This document shows positions 41,782 through 50,954 of a stretch of 64,000 nucleotides of DNA, piece by piece. Position numbers and translations under genes: made by a program. Position 1 is the stretch's first letter; each line of letters starts with the position of its first letter. The notes under the pieces were generated by a model that had not been told where the DNA came from, did not search any database, and saw only the letters and a program-made list of their open reading frames with translations. Origin of the DNA: an uncultured bacterium (lineage in GTDB: Bacteria > Patescibacteriota > Minisyncoccia > Phycocordibacterales > PALSA-1337); assembly GCA_903839725.1 (NCBI GenBank), contig CAIMDG010000002.1, positions 305,117 to 369,116 of the forward strand, written 5' to 3'.

Positions 41782-42867
41782 ATGTCAGAATCTCCACGTA
41801 ATATATACATTAGTTTTAATACCGGCACCGTAATCAAGGTATTCGTTATCGCAATACTTATTGCTGTTCTGTATTACTTATTTGATATTGTCCTCGTATT
41901 GCTCGCTGCAATAGTTATTGCTTCAGCTATTGAGCCAATTGTTCGTCGTCTCAAGAGATATAAATTCCCACGTCTTCTTGCTGTGCTTATCGTATATATC
42001 GTAGTGGCTGCTATTCTCGCGGGAATATTCGTATTCTTCTTGCCAGTTGTTGCAAATGAAACCGTTAGTTTCATCCAGAATATACCACGTACGATATCGC
42101 TCGATGATTTGTGGAGTCCTATTCGTGATTTCGGATTCAATTTTGGCCCAACAACTTCATCAGCTGCGCTCTCGACTCATACGATTTCATTGTCTGAATT
42201 CGCAAATCAACTGCAGTCAGTGGTTACCGGAACAAGTGCTGGTGCAGTTCGTACGGCAAGTGTCTTCTTCGGAGGTTTCCTCTCATTCTTGCTCATTGTG
42301 GTTTTGTCGTTCTACCTCGCAGTGCAGGAAGAGGGAGTTGCTGACTTCTTGAGAATTATTACCCCAGTTACGAAACATGATTATATTATTGACCTCTGGA
42401 ATAGATCTCAGCGTAAAATTGGTTTCTGGCTTCAAGGTCAAGTTCTCCTTGGTGTTTTGATCGGTGTACTCGTATATCTCACCTTGTCAGTTATCGGTAT
42501 TCCGTATGCATTGCCGCTCGCATTATTTGCAGCAGTATTAGAAATTATTCCTGTGTTTGGTCCGATCATATCTTCTGTTCCTGCAATATTGGTTGCATTC
42601 AGTAGTGTCGGTGTCGGTACAGCACTCTTGCTTGTTGGTCTCTACATCATCATCTATCAGTTTGAAAGTCAGTTATTCTATCCATTGGTGGTCAAGAAGA
42701 TTGTCGGTATATCTCCGATCGTGGTTATTCTTGCGTTGGTTATTGGCGCGAAGCTTGCTGGTATTCTCGGTGCTATTATCGCCGTTCCACTTTCAGCAGC
42801 TCTCATGGAATATGTTCACGACATAGAAAAATCAAAGAAGGCTCAAAAGGACGAAATGACAGCGTAA
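41782..42867 (+). CDS. AI-2E family transporter (PerM/UPF0118)
   Basis: Eight TM helices, conserved EIIPVFGPII segment. Confidence 0.7.
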   Translation: MSESPRNIYISFNTGTVIKVFVIAILIAVLYYLFDIVLVLLAAIVIASAIEPIVRRLKRYKFPRLLAVLIVYIVVAAILAGIFVFFLPVVANETVSFIQNIPRTISLDDLWSPIRDFGFNFGPTTSSAALSTHTISLSEFANQLQSVVTGTSAGAVRTASVFFGGFLSFLLIVVLSFYLAVQEEGVADFLRIITPVTKHDYIIDLWNRSQRKIGFWLQGQVLLGVLIGVLVYLTLSVIGIPYALPLALFAAVLEIIPVFGPIISSVPAILVAFSSVGVGTALLLVGLYIIIYQFESQLFYPLVVKKIVGISPIVVILALVIGAKLAGILGAIIAVPLSAALMEYVHDIEKSKKAQKDEMTA

Positions 42868-42881
42868 TTACACATAGCCTC

Positions 42882-44318
42882 ATGAAACCTTTCTATATCA
42901 CGACGACTCTTCCGTATGTTAACGCTAAACCTCATATCGGTTTTGCTATGGAACTTATTCGTGCCGATGTGATCGCTCGTGCCAAGAAAATTAGTGGTCA
43001 GGAGGTATTTTTTAATACGGGTACTGACGAGCACGGCACCAAAATACATCGCAAAGCAAAAGAATTGAATATTGATACTCAGACATACGTTGATGGTGCC
43101 GCTCAGAAATTCAAGGATTTGATTTCGATGTTAGGTATTAGTCCAGATATCAATTTTATTCGCACAACTGACGTACATCATATTGTAGCTGCTCAGGCAT
43201 TTTGGCTCTTGGTAAAAAAGAATGGATTCATTTACAAGAAGAATTACTCTGTAAAGTATTGTGTTGGATGTGAGCTTGAAAAGACCGAATCAGAATTGGT
43301 TGAAGGACGTTGTCCATTGCACCCATTGACTGAACTTGAAATTATTCAAGAAGAAAATTATTTCTTTAAATTCAGTGAATTTCAAAAGCCACTTCTCGAA
43401 TTGTACAAGAATAATCCTGATTTTGTTTTTCCTCATTCTCGCTTGAATGAGATCCGTGCCTTCGTTGAGAGGGGACTTGAAGACTTTAGTATTTCTCGTT
43501 TGGCTACCAAGATGCCGTGGGGTGTTGCTGTTCCTGATGATGCAGATCATGTGATGTATGTGTGGTTCGATGCTCTGGTTGATTATATTTCAGCAATTGA
43601 TTGGCCTACTAAGCAGGATGTATTCAAGAAATGGTGGGTTGAAAGTGGAGGTGTGGTTCAATACTGTGGAAAGGATAATCTCCGTCAACAGGCTGCAATG
43701 TGGCAGGCAATGCTCATGGCTGCAGGTCTCACACCGTCAAAGGCTATTGTTGTTGACGGGTTCATTACAGGTGATGGTGGTATCAAAATGTCAAAGTCTC
43801 TTGGTAATACTATTGATCCAAAAGATTTGGTCAGTGAATACAGCGCTGATGCGGTTCGCTATTTCATGACCCGTGAATTGTCTCCATTTGAAGATAGTCC
43901 ATTCACGCCTGAGAAGTTCAAGGAAGCCTACAATGCAAATCTAGCCAATGGTATTGGTAATCTGACGTCACGTATCATGAAGATGGCTTCAACTCATATT
44001 TCTACACCAGTAAAAATATCAGCAAAACCATTTCCTGCAGAATATCATGCGTCTATAGAAGCTTATGATCTTCAGAAGGCGTCTGATGTTATTTGGAAAC
44101 ATATCACCGAACTCGATCAGCGTATTCAACAAGAGAAGCCATTTTCATTGGTCAAAGAGGATCTCGAAAAAGGAAAAGTGATCATCACCGAACTCGTTCA
44201 GGGTCTTTCGTGGGTTGCTGATATGCTCCGACCATTCATGCCGACAACATCTGAAGCTGTTCTTGCCTGTATCGCCAAGAATGAAATGCCAGCCACTCCG
44301 CTTTTCCTCAGAAAATAA
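42882..44318 (+). CDS. metG: methionine--tRNA ligase (minimal form)
   Basis: YITTTLPYVNAKPHIGFAMELIRADVIAR (HIGH-class), KMSKSLGN, zinc knuckle CVGCE...CPLH. Confidence 0.9.
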   Translation: MKPFYITTTLPYVNAKPHIGFAMELIRADVIARAKKISGQEVFFNTGTDEHGTKIHRKAKELNIDTQTYVDGAAQKFKDLISMLGISPDINFIRTTDVHHIVAAQAFWLLVKKNGFIYKKNYSVKYCVGCELEKTESELVEGRCPLHPLTELEIIQEENYFFKFSEFQKPLLELYKNNPDFVFPHSRLNEIRAFVERGLEDFSISRLATKMPWGVAVPDDADHVMYVWFDALVDYISAIDWPTKQDVFKKWWVESGGVVQYCGKDNLRQQAAMWQAMLMAAGLTPSKAIVVDGFITGDGGIKMSKSLGNTIDPKDLVSEYSADAVRYFMTRELSPFEDSPFTPEKFKEAYNANLANGIGNLTSRIMKMASTHISTPVKISAKPFPAEYHASIEAYDLQKASDVIWKHITELDQRIQQEKPFSLVKEDLEKGKVIITELVQGLSWVADMLRPFMPTTSEAVLACIAKNEMPATPLFLRK

Positions 44319-45155
44319 ATGAAGTACATAGATATACATGGTCATATCCAATTTGCCGCATATGACGCAGATCGGGATGCGGTCATTCAGCGTGCTCGAG
44401 ATGCGAGTGTTGGTATTATAAGTGTTGGTACTGATTTGGAATTATCTCGTAAAGCTATTCAACTCGCTGAACAGAATCAAGATATGTGGGCAATTGTAGG
44501 ACTTCATCCAGTCTATTGTGGTGAGTCTCACAATGATCCTCAAGAAACAGGGGACGAAGGTGATCATTCACGTCCTAAGCAAGAATTTAACTACGAAGCA
44601 TTTAAAAAACTTGCTGAGCATCCCAAGGTTGTTGCCATCGGTGAATGTGGTCTCGACTTTTTTCATTCACAGCCAGAAGATATTGCATTTCAACGTGAGG
44701 TATTTATTCAGCACATTAAACTCGCTAATGAAGTAGGGAAGCCCCTCATGCTTCATGTGAGAAATAGTAAAACCCTTACTGATCTCGGAAGTGCGTATCT
44801 CGAATCACTTAAGATTTTGAAAGAGCATGCCACGGTTAAAGCTAATTTCCACTTTTTTGCAGGCACACTTGAGGAAATGAAAGCTATTATTGATGCTGGG
44901 CATTATGTATCTTTCACTGGCGTTCTTTCTTTTGCAAAGAATTATGATGAATTGATCAAGACAGTTCCGATGAATCGAATTATGACTGAAACTGATTGTC
45001 CGTATGTTGCACCAGCTCCATATCGTGGAAAAAGGAATGAACCGAGTTATGTTACTGAAGTTGTGAAGGCTATTGCAAGAATTCGTGGGGAAGATGAGGA
45101 GGTTGTGGCGAAACAAGTGATGGAGAATGCGAGGGAGTTTTTTAAACTTGATTAG
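44319..45155 (+). CDS. tatD: TatD-family metal-dependent hydrolase
   Basis: YIDIHGH...AIGECGLDF...LMLHVRN...TETDCPYVAP. Terminator 45183-45208. Confidence 0.8.
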   Translation: MKYIDIHGHIQFAAYDADRDAVIQRARDASVGIISVGTDLELSRKAIQLAEQNQDMWAIVGLHPVYCGESHNDPQETGDEGDHSRPKQEFNYEAFKKLAEHPKVVAIGECGLDFFHSQPEDIAFQREVFIQHIKLANEVGKPLMLHVRNSKTLTDLGSAYLESLKILKEHATVKANFHFFAGTLEEMKAIIDAGHYVSFTGVLSFAKNYDELIKTVPMNRIMTETDCPYVAPAPYRGKRNEPSYVTEVVKAIARIRGEDEEVVAKQVMENAREFFKLD

Positions 45156-45339
45156 TAAATAGTATATGATCAGTGTGACTGTAAAAGCCCTAAGATAAGG
45201 GTTTTTATGTATATTGACATAAAGTACTATATTATGTTATAATACTCCTAAATCAGTTGAGGATGTCATTCTCCTCAAAATATAAACAATCGCCCATAAA
45301 CACTTGGGCACGAATGACGGATCGACAAGAGGATTGATT

Positions 45340-45690
45340 ATGAAGAATCTTTTAAAATGGATTATCGGAAACATCAGAATGGCTATTATTGTGATGTTGT
45401 TACTGGCTTGGCTGGTTGCCTTTCTTAAGATTGTGGTTGTGCCACTTTCGGGTCTGACGACGATGCTGTTTGTGTTGTTCTTTACCATCATGTCGTTTCA
45501 GGCAAGGTCGAGCGCAATATTTGCAACCGGCGGGTTGTTAATGTATCTCGCATCGTGGTTTGCTCTCGATGCGTATGGCCCATTTGTTGCATCATTTGTG
45601 TGCTCGATTGGCATATTCACGTGGTTTACCGGCTTCTACAAGACGGTTGTCGCAATACATAAAGCGGCAACGAGCCCTTCGGACATGTAA
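45340..45690 (+). CDS. small membrane protein (hypothetical)
   Basis: MKNLLKWIIGN... with three or four TM helices. ORF-track frame starts 45304. Confidence 0.4.
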   Translation: MKNLLKWIIGNIRMAIIVMLLLAWLVAFLKIVVVPLSGLTTMLFVLFFTIMSFQARSSAIFATGGLLMYLASWFALDAYGPFVASFVCSIGIFTWFTGFYKTVVAIHKAATSPSDM

Positions 45691-45800
45691 TCGCGGCCTC
45701 CGCAGAAATGACTTCCAAAGTCTCATCTGTGGGGGCCATTTCTTTTTATTGACATAATATTACGCATATTGTAGCCTTTTGTTTAAAGGAATAGTAACAA

Positions 45801-46187
45801 ATGAAAATACAAGATCCATTAGAAGCAATCCGTTTGGAATTGGAGGATGTCGCTTTCAAAAAGGCAAAAGCCGCAGGGCTCGCCACTGTCCGTGGTCAGG
45901 TTTGTTTGAATATCAAAATCAAACAGCAAGTATGTTCAACTCAAATTACTCCTGCGGAGTGGGAACGTCTTATTGGTCTGGATATTGGGCCCAAGGGGCG
46001 CAAGATGATCAAAGCCCTTCGGGATTCAAACAACCAACCTGTTAAGCTGTTCAGTTACTTCAAGGAATGGGAAGAAGTGGATACATTTTTGAATCATGTA
46101 AGATCATATAGCGCACCTCTCTACATCTCAACAAGTGACTCTTCGGTTGCGTGTGTCAAAAAAAGAATGGTCAGGACACGAGGTTGA
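45801..46187 (+). CDS. hypothetical protein
   Basis: 128-aa ORF. Terminator hairpin 46205-46250. Confidence 0.4.
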   Translation: MKIQDPLEAIRLELEDVAFKKAKAAGLATVRGQVCLNIKIKQQVCSTQITPAEWERLIGLDIGPKGRKMIKALRDSNNQPVKLFSYFKEWEEVDTFLNHVRSYSAPLYISTSDSSVACVKKRMVRTRG

Positions 46188-46280
46188 ACGGCACAAGCCT
46201 CGGTCAGACTGTAGATCTTATTCTACGGTCTTTTTTTATATAAAATCTTCACTCCATTTTTATTATTTTTTCATCAAATC

Positions 46281-46301
46281 TTCATTTCTACCTGATATAG
46301 T
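46281..46301 (+). promoter_or_regulatory. extended -10 promoter motif (TTCATTTCTACCTGATATAGT) for rpsF-ssb-rpsR
   Basis: Recurring motif. About 150-nt leader before rpsF. Confidence 0.45.
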
Positions 46302-46453
46302 AGCCTCACCTCTAACTCTTGCGGGAAGGGGACATTCATGGTAATCTCGTTCTACATTATAAGTAATCGCAGTAAGTCCCAAAAAGCCTTAAAAATAAGC
46401 CTATTGGGTCTCATTGGTTCATTCCACATGAGTCGCTGACTGCAAAACAAACT

Positions 46454-46957
46454 ATGAACGATATCATTAGTGATGACCGACAAGCGGTCTACGAGATAGG
46501 GTATCTCCTTGTTTCATCTGTGCCAGAAGAAAAAGTTTCTGCAGAGGTAGAAGCAGTGAGAGCTATTATTACCGGAGTAGGCTCTTCAGTTATTGCCGAA
46601 GAAGCACCTCACAAACAACAGCTCGCATATACTATGCGCAGAAAGACAGTTGCTGGATCATATGAGAAATATGACACAGCATACTTCGGTTGGATCAAAT
46701 TCGAAGTCGGGTCGGACAAGATCGAGGCTGTGAAGAAGGCAGTCGAGCTCCATCCTACAGTATTGCGTGCATTGCTCCTTTCGACAGTGCGTGAAAATAC
46801 ATATCTCGGCAAGCGTGCTCAGGCTATTGCAGCTGAATTCAACGCAAAGGAAATTATTCCAGATGCAGTTGTAGCAGATGCCAAGGAAGTTGTCGCCGCT
46901 CCCGCAACCATCGAAGAGATGGACAAGAGTATTGACGCAATGGTCAAAGAGGCATAG
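46454..46957 (+). CDS. rpsF: 30S ribosomal protein S6 (with terminal extensions)
   Basis: YEIGYLL...QQLAYTMRRK...GWIKFEV...PTVLRALLL matches the S6 fold pattern. Conserved rpsF-ssb-rpsR order. Confidence 0.7.
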   Translation: MNDIISDDRQAVYEIGYLLVSSVPEEKVSAEVEAVRAIITGVGSSVIAEEAPHKQQLAYTMRRKTVAGSYEKYDTAYFGWIKFEVGSDKIEAVKKAVELHPTVLRALLLSTVRENTYLGKRAQAIAAEFNAKEIIPDAVVADAKEVVAAPATIEEMDKSIDAMVKEA

Positions 46958-46960
46958 GAT

Positions 46961-47045
46961 TAAATTACAAATTAAAAATAACAAATCCAAAAATCAAGCA
47001 TCATAATATCAAAGATATGCAATTGTTTATTTTTGAGATTTGATA
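46961..47045. repeat. A-rich repeat family, forward copy then reverse-complement copy (rpsF-ssb intergenic)
   Basis: TAAATTACAAATTAAAAATAACAAATCCAAAAATCAAGC ... TTTTTGAGATTTGATATTTGAGTTTTGAATTTT. Confidence 0.45.
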
Positions 47046-47070
47046 TTTGAGTTTTGAATTTTATTACACT

Positions 47071-47523
47071 ATGTATCTCAACAAAGTCATTCTCATCGGT
47101 AACCTTACTCGCGATCCAGAACTCAAAGCTATTCCTTCGGGAACAAAAGTTTGTACCTTTAGTCTTGCTACCAACCGTGTCTACAAAGACAAAGATGGCA
47201 AGAAGCAGGAAATAGTCGAATATCACAATGTTGTTGTATTCGCACGTGTTGCAGAGCTCGTAGCTCAGTATCTTAAAAAAGGTTCACAGGCATATGTTGA
47301 AGGACGCCTTCAGACTCGTTCGTGGGAACAGAATGGAGAAAAGAAATATCGTACTGAGATTGTCGCTGAGACTGTTCAGTTCGGTAGTCGTCCAACAGGT
47401 GGAACATCTTCTTCACCAGCGAAAGCAGGGGACAAGCCTACTACAGGATCATCAGCACCAGCAGCTTCAGAATCTATTGAATATCCAACAGAAGAGATCA
47501 ATCCAGACGATATACCATTTTAA
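47071..47523 (+). CDS. ssb: single-stranded DNA-binding protein
   Basis: MYLNKVILIGNLTRDPELK...OB fold...acidic C-terminal tail DDIPF. Confidence 0.9.
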   Translation: MYLNKVILIGNLTRDPELKAIPSGTKVCTFSLATNRVYKDKDGKKQEIVEYHNVVVFARVAELVAQYLKKGSQAYVEGRLQTRSWEQNGEKKYRTEIVAETVQFGSRPTGGTSSSPAKAGDKPTTGSSAPAASESIEYPTEEINPDDIPF

Positions 47524-47541
47524 TTAATAATATTTACTATT

Positions 47542-47745
47542 ATGAAAAAACAGTGTTATTTTAGTCAGCAAAATATAAAGCACATCGATTATAAGGATAC
47601 AGAAATCCTCAAGAAATTTGTGAATCCTCACGGTCGTATGATTGCTCGCAAGCGTACAGGCATTTCTGCCAAGTACCAACGTCAGCTCGCTACTGCTATC
47701 AAGCGCGCACGATTCATGGGACTTCTTCCATTCGTTGCAAGATAG
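47542..47745 (+). CDS. rpsR: 30S ribosomal protein S18
   Basis: [50 protein letters not shown]. Confidence 0.88.
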   Translation: MKKQCYFSQQNIKHIDYKDTEILKKFVNPHGRMIARKRTGISAKYQRQLATAIKRARFMGLLPFVAR

Positions 47746-47804
47746 TTTTGAACGTGTCATTCCCGCGCAGGCGGGAATCCAGAATCACCAACAGTAGATT
47801 CAAC

Positions 47805-47845
47805 ATTAGAAAAAACATAACCACCTAACTTAGGTGGTTATGTTT
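47805..47845. terminator. bidirectional rho-independent terminator
   Basis: AAAAAACATAACCACCTAAcTTAGGTGGTTATGTTTTTT between convergent rpsR and efp. Confidence 0.7.
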
Positions 47846-47908
47846 TTTCTATCTAGTTTTTACTTAATGAGACTCTGGATTCCGGCCTTCGCCGGAATGA
47901 CACACTGT

Positions 47909-48481
47909 TTACTTACCTACACGTTCGCGGTACTCACCAGTCTCAGTATTGATACGGATAACCTCACCTTCATTGATGAAGAGGGGAACACTGATGGTTG
48001 CACCAGTCTCCAAAACAACAGTCTTTTGACCACCTGTAGCGGTATCACCCTTCACATTTGGTGGAGCTTCTACAACCTTCAATTCTGCGGTAATAGGTAC
48101 TTTGAAGCCCATAGGCTGCTCTCGGAAGAGGAGCTGCTCTACGATCGTATTTGCCTTGAGAAAGCGTCCCTGAGGGCCTACCTGAGCTTCAGTAACCTTG
48201 AAACGCTTCGAAGGGTCTTCTGCCTCTGTAAACCACCATTCACCACGACTGGTATAGAGATATTTTACTTCACGAGATTCGATTTCAGCCTCTTCAACCT
48301 TTTCAGATACGTGGAATGAATATTCAGTCACTTTTCCTGTCATAAGGTTCTTCAATTTTGTAGCATTGACTGGTTTTCGCTGTTGCTTACGAAAGACGTG
48401 TGCAGATATGACTTCGTATGGTTGGCCATCGAGGACGATAAATTTCTTTTCGGTTACTTCACTGTATTCGAGGAGAGACAT
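47909..48481 (-). CDS. efp: elongation factor P
   Basis: KFIVLDGQPYEV...KPVNATKLKNLMTG...three OB-like domains. 190 aa. Confidence 0.9.
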   Translation of the reverse strand: MSLLEYSEVTEKKFIVLDGQPYEVISAHVFRKQQRKPVNATKLKNLMTGKVTEYSFHVSEKVEEAEIESREVKYLYTSRGEWWFTEAEDPSKRFKVTEAQVGPQGRFLKANTIVEQLLFREQPMGFKVPITAELKVVEAPPNVKGDTATGGQKTVVLETGATISVPLFINEGEVIRINTETGEYRERVGK

Positions 48482-48567
48482 AAGTAATATGGTTATTTTG
48501 TAAGTAGGGCTAGTCTAGCCGTTTTTGAGGTAAAAAGCAAAACCCCGCCGATGAGCAGGGTTTGTTG

Positions 48568-49098
48568 TTACAATTTGACGCACGCAACGTCGCGGTAGAA
48601 GTATTCTGGTTGCAATGCTTCTAGTTTTGGATACGCAGATTTACCCGTGAAGTAAATATATGGATACCAATTTAAAACATCTTGCAGTCTTGGATTTATT
48701 TCAGTTATCAAGCTGCCAATATATGTTACTGTGCCGTGAGTAGGGACAAGAATGTTATTTTCTGCCAGGAAGCAACTTTTTCTAAAAAGTCCCATCAGTC
48801 TTTTTAAGTTCTCCGTAGCAATTTCACGCAGTTTGAGTGCCTTCGCATTTTTTGCATGCGTGTAGATTTGTTCTTGTAATTTTTCAATGAGCTGAGAAGT
48901 CTTTTGAAGTTCGGTTAAACCGAGTGGATGAAATCCTTTTCGTCGTAGGTTGTCGAAGGCATCATCGTAACCAGGAAAAGGTTCGTATTCAATTCGAACA
49001 ACACATGTCTGGAAAGGGTCAAAATTACCAACTTCAGTAGAAAATATTTCTTGTCTCTCGGCTCCATCAATGTTGACTGTATTATTCGAAGTTTTCAT
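48568..49098 (-). CDS. hypothetical protein in the recX position
   Basis: 176 aa immediately downstream of recA. Sequence is not RecX-like. Confidence 0.4.
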   Translation of the reverse strand: MKTSNNTVNIDGAERQEIFSTEVGNFDPFQTCVVRIEYEPFPGYDDAFDNLRRKGFHPLGLTELQKTSQLIEKLQEQIYTHAKNAKALKLREIATENLKRLMGLFRKSCFLAENNILVPTHGTVTYIGSLITEINPRLQDVLNWYPYIYFTGKSAYPKLEALQPEYFYRDVACVKL

Positions 49099-49138
49099 AT
49101 CTGTTCTTATTTAATAGTATTAATAAGTACGTGTCAAT

Positions 49139-49175
49139 AAAAGCAAAACCCCGCCGATGAGGCGGGGAAATGCGG
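49139..49175 (-). terminator. rho-independent terminator (minus strand) after recA
   Basis: Minus-strand CCCCGCCtcatCGGCGGGG plus TTTTGCTTTT. The 23-nt AAAAGCAAAACCCCGCCGATGAG module is repeated at 48536. Confidence 0.55.
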
Positions 49176-49192
49176 GGGTTGAATTGTGTGGC

Positions 49193-50266
49193 CTATATCG
49201 CTTTTAACTTCTCTCTAATCTTCGCAAGAATCTCGTCTCTCACTGGGAGGTTTTCCTTCAAGAATTGTCTCGTCGCATCATAGCCACGACCCAACTTCAC
49301 CTCACCATATGAATATGAAGAACCTGACTTTGAAAGTAATTCCATCTTTTCACCAAGAGCGATGATTTCGCCTTCTTGAGAAATACCTTCGTTGTACATG
49401 AGGTCGAACTCTGTTTGCTTGAATGGGGCAGCGACCTTATTCTTGACGACTTTGACACGACAGCGACCACCCATGATCTCTTCACCTTTTTTGATCTGGG
49501 CAATACGACGGATATCAAGACGAACTGAGGCATAGAATTTGAGAGCCTTACCACCTGGGGTAGTCTCAGGATTGCCGAACATCACACCGATCTGCATACG
49601 GATCTGGTTGATGAAAATAACAACAGTCTTTGAACGTGCAACAATTGCAGTCAATTTGCGGAGTGCTTGTGACATGAGACGAGCTTGAGTTCCGACATGG
49701 TACGCACCCATGTCTCCCTCTATTTCAGCTTTCGGGGTGAGGGCAGCGACTGAGTCGATAACGACAACATCCATCTTGTTGGTACGAATAAGACTGTCGA
49801 CGATATCAAGTGCTTGTTCACCGTGGTCTGGTTGAGAAATAAGTAAATCATTTATTTTGACTCCAAGACGAGTTGCGTACTCTGGATCCATCGCATGTTC
49901 AGCATCAATGTATGCACACACACCACCGAGCTTCTGAGCTTCAGCGACGACGTGGAGGGCGAGAGTAGTCTTACCTGATGATTCAGGTCCAAATATTTCA
50001 ATAATACGACCACGAGGCATACCACCGATACCAAGTGCAGCATCGAGACCGATAGATCCGGTAGGGATAGCATTTACATTAACTTTAGGTTTTTCTCCGA
50101 GCTTCATGATCGAATCCTCACCGAACTTCGTACGAATTGCAGCAAGAGCATCTTTGATGCCTGTTTGGGAATGTGCACTGTTAGATTGTTTTGATGTTTC
50201 TGATTCTGTTTCAGTTAGAGCATCTTCTTCACTGACTTCTGGCTTTTTGTGTTTTTTGATTGCCAT
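49193..50266 (-). CDS. recA: recombinase RecA
   Basis: [36 protein letters not shown] (Walker A), [37 protein letters not shown]. Confidence 0.95.
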   Translation of the reverse strand: MAIKKHKKPEVSEEDALTETESETSKQSNSAHSQTGIKDALAAIRTKFGEDSIMKLGEKPKVNVNAIPTGSIGLDAALGIGGMPRGRIIEIFGPESSGKTTLALHVVAEAQKLGGVCAYIDAEHAMDPEYATRLGVKINDLLISQPDHGEQALDIVDSLIRTNKMDVVVIDSVAALTPKAEIEGDMGAYHVGTQARLMSQALRKLTAIVARSKTVVIFINQIRMQIGVMFGNPETTPGGKALKFYASVRLDIRRIAQIKKGEEIMGGRCRVKVVKNKVAAPFKQTEFDLMYNEGISQEGEIIALGEKMELLSKSGSSYSYGEVKLGRGYDATRQFLKENLPVRDEILAKIREKLKAI

Positions 50267-50345
50267 ATGTATATGGGTGATTAAGGCTTATAAGATTGGC
50301 AGACGCAGTACCAGTATACCAGAAATATATGGGTCAAGAGCAAAT

Positions 50346-50765
50346 TTATAGAGTTGAACTAGCAATAGTTGTCTTTTGAGTTGAAGTACTTATTTTGACA
50401 GGGAAATCAACACTACCCATGATGTGTAACACTGTCTCTACACTACGTCCGAACTGATCTTCTGCATGTAATGTGATGGTGTTTGAGCCAGGGAATACGG
50501 TTATTGTTTCCTTGAAATGAGCATCTTCGTCCATTGAAATAGGTTGACCATTTAATTTCAGTGCATTCACTCTGTCAGCACGTCCTTCGATACTTGTGAT
50601 GGAAGTTGAGACTGTAGAGTAATCCTGTGGTTGAAATATGGTTATAGAAGGTCCTCGAGTGTATTGAAGGGAACGGGATATTGCGTAGAGGACAATGATT
50701 AGTCCAACAACAAAAGCGATCCCTATTTTGATCAGTCGTAGTGAAGTTGTTCGGTTAAGTCCCAT
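50346..50765 (-). CDS. membrane-anchored hypothetical protein
   Basis: N-terminal TM helix and beta-rich ectodomain. Confidence 0.4.
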   Translation of the reverse strand: MGLNRTTSLRLIKIGIAFVVGLIIVLYAISRSLQYTRGPSITIFQPQDYSTVSTSITSIEGRADRVNALKLNGQPISMDEDAHFKETITVFPGSNTITLHAEDQFGRSVETVLHIMGSVDFPVKISTSTQKTTIASSTL

Positions 50766-50805
50766 AGTCTCAGTCTATAAAGTTAGTTACGTAAACACAA
50801 GGCGT

Positions 50806-50927
50806 GAATCATCGAAGGAGATGTGTACTCATTTTTTGCACAAGTTTGTAAACACTGCGGTACGCAATGTAATGTAAGTGTCTCTAAACTTGTATAGAAA
50901 ATGAGTACACATCTCCTTCGATGATTC
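50806..50927. repeat. perfect 30-bp inverted repeat with about 62-nt spacer
   Basis: GAATCATCGAAGGAGATGTGTACTCATTTT (50806-50835) and its exact reverse complement (50898-50927), at the 3' end of ftsK. Confidence 0.8.
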
Positions 50928-50954
50928 CGGTCACTAATATGTAGTAAGAATATT

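Noticed and set aside
48536-49175. Repeat AAAAGCAAAACCCCGCCGATGAG at 48536 and 49139 as a mobile element.
   Set aside because: Both copies are simply the minus-strand intrinsic terminators of the gene in the recX position and of recA, a shared terminator module.
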